Origin: Phoronis australis
Lineage: Eukaryota > Animalia > Phoronida
NCBI GenBank assembly: GCA_002633005.1
Contig: NMRA01000899.1
Location: forward strand, 14,774-78,773
Direction of reading: 5' to 3'
Length of the DNA: 64,000 nucleotides
The notes below the pieces were generated by a model. That model searched no databases. It was not told the origin of the DNA and saw nothing but the letters and a program-made list of their open reading frames with translations. The translations under genes were made by a program, and so were the position numbers. Positions 39,601 to 49,800 of this stretch are shown one piece after another; position 1 is the stretch's first letter, and each line of letters starts with the position of its first letter.

Positions 39601-41102
39601 TTGGTCTGTTTTGGTGTCTAGCCCTCTGTCAACCAAACCGCTCTAAGGATGATTGTGAAAATGGCATCTAAGTTATTACTACAGAAAGGATGGCTGATGT
39701 TGATTTTCCGACTTCAACTACTGAGGCGCCTCCTAGTGGCAGCTTTATTTTTTGTTTTGCGCCCATAGCTACATCTTCTAAACCCACTGCAGGATCTTTA
39801 TTAAATTTGGTAATTGTATTTCTATTAAGCTAACAACAGATGACTTAGTCTTTCTGGCGGATCCAATGATCGTTTTGCCTCATAGTGGCAAGTTCGTTTT
39901 TTCCGTTTTCCTTTGTTCTTCTGAAGGTCCTTGATAAATTTTTTCATGAAATTTGGCAAATAGCTTTATATTAAAGAAGCTATGGCATGCTTCCGTTTTC
40001 AGATGGATTGGATGTTTTTGCGCCATCTAGTGGCCATTTTTATGAAACAAGTAAACAATCGTAGAAGCATGTTGTTTCGGTGCATTCGTGGGTGCATTTC
40101 AACGTTCCGCGTTGCTCTTGTTTTTTACATTGTTATGAATGTCGGCCATTTTTCAAAATATTGTCTGGCATTAGCTGTGGTACAGACATTGATCATGTAC
40201 TGCTAGACATCTTTCAGGGGAAAAATTGAAAAAACAAAATTTCACTTTACCACCTGATTGTGTCTTTAGATAGTCAGGTTTTACGGTAGTACCTGGGAAT
40301 AGTCTGGTATAACCCTCCCGCATTTTGAGAACCAGTTTTCTCCACTGAATAACAGGCATCAATTGGTTCTCAACATGTGGGCACGTTATATCTGACTATT
40401 GGCGTAGTGCCCTGTAGGGAAAGTGGCAACCGTTTGTGCAGTACACGACAAAATTAATCAGTCAAAACTTCCTTCAATTCTCTGTCATGAAGGCAAGCAG
40501 AGCTCACCGTCAGGGTATTTTATGAAAGCTTAGTGCGATAGGAACCCTGATCCATTTTAGGAGATCAATTTAGGAATGCCAGGTAGAGATGAGTCTTTAA
40601 CCATTATGGTCTCTGCAAGCAAGGTTAGCCGCTATGACGGATCACTTTTGGAGGGGAGATATCCATATCAGTATGATTATGATATAAACCTTGCAGTCGT
40701 CATTTTAAGAAAGAGCCTCTTTAGGTTTTAAAAAAACAATCCATTTTAGATACGCACGCTCCCACTCACAAACACACACACACATACTTGCACGCATATA
40801 TCTATGTATGCATGTACAATGTATGCGAAATAATCATATTTTGCTTTGTGACTATGCACAAAATGCACTGTTTTTTTTTAAACCTAAAAGGAGGCTCTTT
40901 GTAACATGGCAACTGCATGAAAAAGGTGTATTGTTGAAGAGTGGTGGACTATAGCTTTAATTGGCCGCTGTGTCTTTTGCAGGCCTATTTGATCAACGTT
41001 GTTTATTCTTGCTACAAATACTTGACATACGTGCGTGCCAGCCAGAGAGTGACCAATGGTATAACTCACTACATGGACACTGGGGATGGTGAAGATGTGC
41101 AG
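33606..41102 (+). CDS. LAPTM4: Lysosomal-associated transmembrane protein 4 (LAPTM4)-like; terminal exon not located
   Basis: In-frame exons 33606-33701 (MRGK..RCCCCHVRTGTTILG, the LAPTM4 N-terminal signature), 36438-36660, 37100-37176, 38251-38484 (FLMPNFVLQVF) and 40983-41102 (AYLINVVYSCYKYL). All have canonical splice sites; there are four hydrophobic segments and 250 codons without a stop. Confidence 0.88.
34056..35901 (-). mobile_element. Second Kolobok-like element with frameshifted THAP exon, in LAPTM4 intron 1
   Basis: TTAA flanks (34052-34055, 35902-35905) and an imperfect TIR (agacatagtttcaca vs agaggtcgattcaca, 11/15). The minus strand 35357-35124 reads MPDCCV/IGGCDN..SLHRFP/..NWEDFV..SKHF and ends at a GTAAGT donor. 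Confidence 0.6.
39251..40126 (+). mobile_element. Helentron-associated (HINE/DINE-like) element with a ~150-bp tandem array
   Basis: T-rich ends; subTIR AATGCGCCCAC (39255) / GTGGGTGCATT (40088); 5' palindrome; GTCCGT microsatellite seed; five ~150-bp units; 3' hairpin CAACG-TTCCG-CGTTG followed by a T run. Confidence 0.7.
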
Positions 41103-41539
41103 GTGAGCAAACTGCAGTTCTTTCTGGGATTACTGGAGTCTTTTTAAAGTGTATTTACAATAGTGGAAATTATCAAGATTTCTTTAAAAAAAAATTTCAA
41201 AAAACAAGAGACTGGAATTTTTGTTGGGCTGTGAAAGAGTTGTACTGTGTCCAGGTATTTTATTTTTTTGAAAAGGAACAATATTATGTGGCTGCAAAAC
41301 AGAATTGAATTAATGAAATATTTGAAAATGTAATGTTTTGTAAACCTTTAATTACTCTCAGCTGTTTCTCTTGTCTGCATTGTGTGTCATCTGGTTACCT
41401 AGGTATTTGTAAGCATTGTTCACAGGGATGATTGTATAGCCAAAACATCATTATTGGATTGGATAGACTTGTTTAAATTCTTATCTTTAACCAGAGTTAT
41501 GAAACAAAATCCAGTGTTTTGTAATTTTATTACAAATCG

Positions 41540-42112
41540 CCATTAAGGAGACGGCAACAGCTTCCCATTTTCAGACTGACTTGATGTTTTCTGTACCACC
41601 TGGTGGCCATTCAAAAACTTGGTATGTTTTGAACGTCTGCCTCTCTATCTGCCAAACCACTTAAGGGACGGTTATGAATACTGGCGGTTGTGGTCCTGAT
41701 GTGACAAACCTGGCTAATGTTTATTTTCGGATGTTTTTTATTATCCTGGCAACATTTAGGTCCAATTTTGCTTTTTTGCGTCTACGGCTAACCCTTTGAA
41801 GGATCTTTACGAAATAAGGCTGATGGGCTTCTATAGAGATGGCACGATGAGTTTCAGACCAATCAGACTGTAGCTGTGCCTAGTGTTCATTTTTTTTTCC
41901 GTTTGCCTCTATTTCTTTGGAGTTCCTTATTTTCATGAAATTTCGCAAATAGTTGCATTTTGCAGAGATGACGCAACTTTCTGAATTCGGATGGGTTTGT
42001 TGCATTCTGCGCCATCTAATGTCCATTTTTATGATACTAAAACCACCCGCAGGAGCACACTTTTTGCAGTGCTGTGTTGGGGTACATTTCAATGCTTTGC
42101 GTTGCTCTTATT
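41540..42112 (+). mobile_element. Degenerate related HINE-like copy
   Basis: Same 3' end (GGGGTACATTTCAATGCTTTGCGTTGCTCTTATT) and similar internal units. Confidence 0.55.
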
Positions 42113-42263
42113 CATTGTTGTGGGCCAGTCATTCAATGAAATCAGGGCCTCTTACTCGGGCATTTAAATACAGTGAAATACTATTCATGGATGGTTTAAG
42201 TTCTCCAGCATAGCATTAGGCTCTCACTGCAGGTTTTACAAGNTCGCCATAGGTAGACAATCT

Positions 42264-43640
42264 CAGCCGATTTCATAAAGGAGTTTTAACTAAACCAGGA
42301 TTAAGACTTAAACCTGGTCTTCCTAAACCAGGTCTAATTTTAGACCTAACTTGCATTTCACCAACATGGTTTAAAAGTCTGAATGTCTGGTTTTGTTAGA
42401 CCATGAAGCGGGTTTAGTAAAACTAGGTTTAAGTATCCCAAGCCACTCTACTGTGTTGATCCGATTAACCCAACAAAGAAACTATTGAAGTGCTTCAATG
42501 AAAACTTGATCATGTGGTTACCTAATGGCACACAGCAGTAGAATCAGTGCAGACCTTTGCAAAAAGGGCTAAAAGCTTTTCTGAAGAGGAAAAATGTTCC
42601 CTCCCATATCTCAGAGAAAAAGTCAGTGTCCTAGTCGAGAACAAGAAAATTGGTGCCAAATCAAGTCAACGTAAGCAGCAGGCTTGGAAAGATATTGATC
42701 CAGAATAAAGGCCAAAAAGAGAATTTCATCAGTGAAAAAATTGCAAAGAAAAACGGCGAGTGACCCAGTAGCAGATCTAGGATATCATGAGATTTTTCAT
42801 TTTGTATTGTCTGTGTGCAACACAACTACACACATTAAAGTACTTGTTCACGATTAACCGCAACATAGTAAATGCACACGTTCATTTCCATGTCATTTTA
42901 CTTTTTGAGGCCAAAGGGGTGCACAGGGGCGGATTCAGGGTTTCGAGTTAGGGGGGCCAGGGCAGAGTATTAGCCAGGATTTTGACCGTCAGACATTCGC
43001 ACCCCCGAACTGCCAACTGGAATTTGGGAGAGTTTTAGGTGGTCATGGCCCCCTTGGTGTCCTTCTAAATCCGCCACTGGGGCAGGACTCCTGCCCGGCA
43101 ACCTTAAATCGATGACCGATTGAGATGGAACTCAGCTAGAATAATCATTAGATGCCTTTTTAGTCATATGTGTAGCGCTTACGACGATGACGCTCTGCTC
43201 GAACCGTCATTTTCGGAGGAATCCGAAGGACACCCTTCAGTACGTACTGGTCCACGTATAGGCGGATCCAGGGGTTCAAGGGGTCAGGATCCCCTTTTCC
43301 CTTGGTTTTAGTGATATCAAATCAATTATTTTCAGATTGTTGACCCAGGCTCTCTTTTTAAAAATCCTTGATCCTACCCCCTCCCCTTCAAAACTTATTC
43401 CCTCCCTCTCACGTTTGATATCTTGTGTCGTCCTAAAACTGAATATTGAAAATAATCCGTTCTCGCCCTAAAACTGCGTCGTAAATGCACAAAACACCAT
43501 CATCCAGTTGCACCTATATCGTACAAGTCTGCTATATTTAATAGTATTAAACGTGGGTCTGACCAAGTCTAAAGTTAAACCTGATTTGAGGTCTTAATAT
43601 AATATATACCTCGTTGGTGAAATAAAAACTGACTTAGACC
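42264..43640. mobile_element. Second, inverted and truncated copy of the Harbinger-like element, with a Myb/SANT remnant
   Basis: Starts CAGCCGATTTCATAAAGG and is collinear with the reverse complement of 4259-5429. An extra segment at ~42637-42696 reads ENKKIGAKSSQRKQQAWKDI. Confidence 0.8.
42924..43079. mobile_element. MITE family A copy (inverted), nested in the Harbinger-like element
   Basis: Flanks GTGCA/GGGCA. The corresponding site in the 4259-5429 copy (~4971-4990) is empty. Confidence 0.85.
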
Positions 43641-44045
43641 AGGGCCCGGTCTCCAATCTTTTTACTCGAAATGGAACTCGAAATTAGGTTTGGCATGTTC
43701 TACTCTACTTTTGGGCGAACTTAAGATAAGTGTCTATTATTCTATGCTCGAGTACACAATAACTTACGTAGATAATTTATTGCCCTTAGTTCACAGTTTG
43801 TAAACCCAATATTAAAGCAATAAGTTCGAGTTTGAACTCGAAATTTCGAGTTTGTACTCGAGTTTGTAACACGAATATAAGGGTCTTCAAGGGCAAACTT
43901 GAACTAGAAACTCCTATGCATAAACTATAATGTATTCAAGCCCAGTCTGATAACCAATTATCTTAAGTCCGCACAAAAGGAGCAGAGAAATTACCAAAAA
44001 TAGTTTCGAGTTCGTTTCGAGTACAAAGATTAGAGACCGGGCCCT
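43641..44045. mobile_element. MITE with long TIRs (Harbinger-like)
   Basis: AGGGCCCGGTCTCCAATCTTT...AAAGATTAGAGACCGGGCCCT termini with internal ACTCGAA/TTCGAGT repeats. Confidence 0.8.
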
Positions 44046-46802
44046 GGCTTTTTGTGTATGATGGGTGTGCAATAATCAATATGTGGGAACTAAGTTCAAC
44101 AGACCCAGAAATGACCTAAAACGTTGTCTTTGGTAAAGTGGTGCAAGTTTATGAGCTTCTAGTTCATCTTTTATCATTCCCTGCCAACATGTATTAGGGC
44201 AAGCTTTCAATCATGTTGATCGTAATTTTCAAAATTTCAATTTATATTTACATTTGGATTAAATACAAGAATTAGAAGTCGTCACTGGAGCCTCCTTGCT
44301 TTTGTTTACACTTGTTAGCTCTTTTGAGGTTATGCATGACCCTAAGAAAGTGACCAAATTTGGCTAATTTCGCAATGTTATGTCTTAGAAATGGCTAATC
44401 CAGTTCATATGAAGCTTGCAAATTGCATGCTTTGTGCATTGGTCTACAGAATGCTTTTAGAAAACATTTTCAGATGTTTCACATTTGGACGAGGGTCTTC
44501 TGATTTTTATGAAAAACAAGTGTTGTATCAATCGGAAATGAAATAGTATAGGAAACTAGCATCGCTTTTTGAGATTTTGTGGTCATTTATATCAAAAGAA
44601 ATTATGCCATGTTATTGATAGCTTGGTTTGTTGTCAGTGTACCTTTGCTAAATTTTAAAGTTTAGAAGGCTTGGTTATGTGACCCACTTAATGGCACATT
44701 GGTAAAACAAAACAAACTCTACATGCTTTCTCCTCTCAAAAAGTCTTGTACAGTTGTGTGTATATTCGGTTGAATATACAGACTTGTTAAGGTCCTGCAT
44801 ACCCTTACCTGGGATGAACTGACTATTCACTCCCAGTTGTATGAATGAACTGGGTGTTCACTGGGTAGTTGTATGGATGTCTTTTCGTAGCCATCTTGCC
44901 ATCAAAATTGCTATTTCTTAATTTTGATTTCTAGTAGTAATTAATATTGCAAGGAGCCCATGTTAGCTTTTTACTATTACACCATCGCCATCTGTTGTGC
45001 AATTAAGCAGGATTTGCGACAATTCATTAGATTAAGAAATGTACGTTTGTATTGACATTAAAAACGGAATGTGATATATTCATGCGTGTGAATACCTTGG
45101 CGTGTTTTTCATATCGCAAAATTATGAACTGGGAGATGTTGAAACCACGGTCTGTTACAGGAATGTGATAGACTTAAGACAGAACTTTTGTCTTTGACTC
45201 CAGATAGTGTATGAAAAATAATTGGACCTCGATTGAGCAAAAGTGCCATCTGAATATACACATGGTTGCCTAAGACCAAATGTCTGTCTTCAGTGGCAAG
45301 TCCTGTTCATGGAAGGGACTGCTGCAGACTGTATGAAGTTTCGTCTCACGGTGTGTGTACTTGCTTTATCTCTTTTCAAGGGTAAAATAAATGGTGTTTT
45401 AGTGTTAGACGTTTTTATGCACTTTTACCAGGCATGGAATCTTCCTCTTAAAGAGGATTGTTTTGATTTCTTCTTATTTGATTTCCAGTTTCCTCATTTT
45501 CGTCTCTTTTTATCATTATTTTGACTTTTTATTTAAAAAATTCTTGCAGTTAAATTTTACAACACAAAAAATATTTCTATCATTTAAGCCTACTTATTTG
45601 TAGAATGACACATCAGCTTGAAAAATTTTCTCATGTTTTGTAATGGGTCTTTCTAAGCTCGCATGAGTATGTTGTTTCATGCTGGCAGGAACATGAGTCG
45701 GTGCTACCGTCTCTCAGCAGGTGGGTGACCTCCGCGTAGAAAGTTTCCACGAAAAACATTGTGTGCTCGAGCATAGGAGAATATACACTTATCTTGAGTT
45801 CCCACAAAAGTGGACTAGAAAATGCCATCAGAAGTTCGATTTCGAGTAAAAATATTAGACTGCGAGCCCAGCCTCCCGTTCAGTAATGCTAGGACCTCGC
45901 TAAAAAGCAAGACTTGGCGAGATTGTGAGCTATTGCCGTGTATTTTAAATGAGATCACGTGACTACGCTAGATTTTAGCTGGGTTCTAGCGTTACTGAAC
46001 GCACGCCAGGTTTGTATTTATTGGTAGCCTGAAGTCTGACACTGCACCATGTGTACTCAGTTTGATGGAAAGTCCGTGGAAATGCTTGAAAATGAACACC
46101 CCTGGTGTCTTGGCCCACCTACGATCACACACGCGGTGGACGATCGACACCACGAGGTGCTCTTGTTGCCGTTTATAGTTGCAGGTGCCCAATCTCTTTC
46201 GTAGCAAAAATTGTGTTTTAACGATGAAAGAAATATTCCTCCTCTTAGAATACAAATAAATCGTTCAGCTAGTCGCGAGCATATTTTACAGTCGGTTACT
46301 CAAAAGTAAAACTGCAGTAGTTTATTGAAGTCAGTAATCAATGAGAATGACACGGAACGCTGCCTTGATCCATTCCCAAACTCGCCGTGGAAAGTTCAAT
46401 AGTTCATCACACGTTCTCCACAGTACCAAGTGAAGCCAGTTCGAGATTGGTAGCCTGTCAATCTGTTTACCGTATTAAGTAATAAGTACTACAATCCAAA
46501 CCACGAAACTTGCCTAAGGCCAGCAACTACATCTCAATTTCACGATTCGGCTTTTCACGATAAACTAAGTGAACTAAGTTAATCATCGAAACAAAATCTT
46601 GCTCGGTTGTTCTTGCCAACCTTGAAGTTTGGAGTGAGTTTGCGTTCGCGTTATCTTGTCAAATTGCTTTTCAAAATAATTCGCTGCTCTAGTGTAATTT
46701 TCGACTGCTAATGACATCACAAGCCCCAGTGTCCACGTACATATGGGATGTTTAGTGGACAAAACACGTTTTTCACCTAATGACTTCACCATTGTTTATG
46801 TT

Positions 46803-49800
46803 CTATTTCCCATCTTCTTCATCAGAGATCAGTGTCCAGTCGGAATCAACGGAACTCTCCGAGTCGCAGCCGTGGCTTGACAAGAACTCTGGTGAAACTA
46901 CTCTTTGACAAGGATCATAAATATCGATAGGATCCATCACTTTTGCCAGTCGACCAATCTGACGTTTCATCTCCTGCTCGTCTACTCCAAGATCCGTTTC
47001 TTCCCTTTCCACCTCTCGCGTGGCGTTCTGCTCACCGTATTTGGTAACAGGTGTCGCCCATCTAACGTTATGTTGTTTCCGTTTCTCCTCAGTTTCGCCG
47101 GACTGGCTGATAGCGTCGTCTCGTTTGGACTCAGGTTTGCTTCCGAAAAGCTTGAATCCTTTCAATTTTGAAATAACTCGTTGCTTTGCATCCAACCAAG
47201 TTAGGTTTTCGCTTCGCGATTTCTCGAGAACCATAAGAATAGCGGAAAAGTTCTGGTCGGCCAATGTTTCTATTCTGAAAGGAGGATTGAGCAGACGTCG
47301 TGTCCTCGCTATCACAATCTCGTTATTCGCCACGTTAGTCGAGGAGATGTTGGTATGCGACTCGATAGCTTTCCTGAGAATTGACACACTTGCCTTTGAT
47401 CTCGCTAACTCTTCCTCAACGTCTTGGGACACTGACTGTGTGTTGAAGGACAACAGGTCAATTTGTTCCATTGAGGTTAATAGCTTTCTTAACCTCTTTC
47501 CTCTCGAATCCACGGTTTTTTCAAGCATCTCCTCAAACATGGGCTTTAATTCAGGATTTTCAGCGTACGCCTTAAAATACAATGCACACGATATCAAGTA
47601 TGGTCGTGCAAAACATGCGCGCACCCAGCCTGAAGAATTGGGGAAGCTCGAATATTTGGGGATGTGAACCTTTTACTAAAAAAATAAAAGGGGGGGGGGG
47701 TGTGCGTTCAGAGCTATGAATTTTGCATACGTCGGAGTTTGGTAATTCCTACCTTTTTAGTGGACTTTGCGTCGTTTTCTACTTTTCCGGACTTTTTGTT
47801 TGTCTGAGGATCCCTTTTTGCCCACTTCGCCTTATGGGAGGAGCTCCTTCGACCCCTCGGCCTGGGTGCGGGCATGCAAAATCCTCGATACAAAAATCAT
47901 GTTAACACCTGTATATTGTCCGGCAGACCGCGACCCATGTCTTCCACATTTGTTGGCTTCGCCGCATGAATGTTTTGACAAGTGAACATTTTCATGGAAT
48001 TTGGAATGTTTTATCATGGTTATTACGAAACATGAGTCTCAAATTAAAGAAATATTTAAACGTCACGCGTGACCCTACTCCCACGTAGTTCCATTCTGTC
48101 ATCTGTCTCCTAAGAGACACTCCGCGGATTTCCGCATAAGGTCGTGCTGGACTTGACGCTGACGTAATTGCAGTAGGCCGGTCAAAAAAAATTGACGTCA
48201 CCTGATCGCTGACGGAGAGAGATTGTCGAAAAAACAGAATTGTTTGTAAATATTTCATGTTATTCTTCACTTCACTGAGCATCTTTATTGCAACTGTCAA
48301 AAGTAAGATTTTGATAAGCAGCATTATGTCAAAAGACCTGGTCAGCAGAAGCACAAACGAATATTTAATAAATAGTCAAATAATACACGACGTCATTCTC
48401 AGACATGCTTCTAGACACACTGCTCATTCTCAAAGGCACAAAAACCAGCATGATGTAAAGTTCAAGGTAACAAGTAAAAGTACGTCATGCTCGAGTGTGG
48501 GACATGATAGTTCAATAACACATAGGTAAACAAGCCTCTACTCTAGACAGTCACGTCAAACAATGTGAGACCCTGGTGGTACACTTGCACATTCTGTGAT
48601 GGTTTTGTCCAACGAATATACATTTACAAAGCCTCCTTAAGTTTAAGTCTATAGTCTATAGGCTGTCCTCGCAGTGTTCAATTTTAGTATCTTCGGTTGC
48701 GCGAGAACAGACTATAGATTAAACTACAGAACAACTCGCATATTCCTTAGATAAAACCATCCCTGAATGTGCACGTGTATCACATTGGTCTCTCGTTGTT
48801 TTGAGGTTATTGTCTAGAATAGACGCTTGTTTACCCATGTTGTTAACCTTTCATGTCTCGCATCTGCATGGCCTTTTACTCGTTACTTTGACCTTTACGT
48901 CATGGTAGTTCTTGTACCGTCGAGAATGCTGAATGCACCTCTAAACATTTTGGGAATATGAAGTTGTGTAACATTTGGCTATTTACAAAATTATGCCATA
49001 TTGTGTTTTGCTGAATTTTACCAATATCCGCGTGTTTAATAAAATTTAACTCCCATCTAAACAGGGCATACCTCGATCAGATCTTTTCTGGATAAGTAAT
49101 AGATGACGCACGTACTGGCGGCAATGAACGATGCCAAATATGGTTCGTCTCGTAGCATGCCCATTTCTGGAACACGTTATTAGTGGATTATGCAAGGTGA
49201 TGTAAGTTACCAATTCTGATGTTTCGATTTAGTGCACATACACTGTATTTATCATCATCAGCAAAGTATGGTTGGTAACCTTTCGATTGTCGTCGAAGTA
49301 GTTCTCGTGTTGTGATAGTCACCATACATACTCGATTACACTTACGTTTTGCGTGGTATTAAAGTTGCACTTAGTCTAGTATTTGAGTCGGGTAGATTAC
49401 CTAAAATACTTTTTATTCGACAAGTTGTCTATACGTCATACGACTTTATTCTTTTATAACACTATTAGTATTACAACTTGTATTTAGTAAACGCGCGACT
49501 TGTAATCAAAAGAATACCAAGCCTTGTTTTGATGATTTTAATCAATCCTCGTTCTGTCTCCTGTTAATGCCGTGAAAGATAAAAGTAGGAAACAACTAAA
49601 AATTCATACCCTCTATTTCTCAAATTGTGCATTGTGGTCCCTGGTGGGTGATCTTTTCCCACAGTTGCCGTGTAGTATGCTAAAAGCGTAGGCCACAGTT
49701 TGCTCTAAGTTAAGCAGATGTACGTTGAAAGTTTTCAAATTTTCCTCCAAACTTTCGATGGGTTACAGAGCATGACTTGGTTCTAGAGAACTTATCGTTT

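Noticed and set aside
45204-45221. cag|ATAGTGTATGAAAAATAA as the LAPTM4 last exon
   Set aside because: It would add only IVYEK*, has no PY motif and has no independent support.
47020-47667. 215-aa + strand ORF
   Set aside because: Antisense shadow of the channel's last exon, with no recognisable motif.
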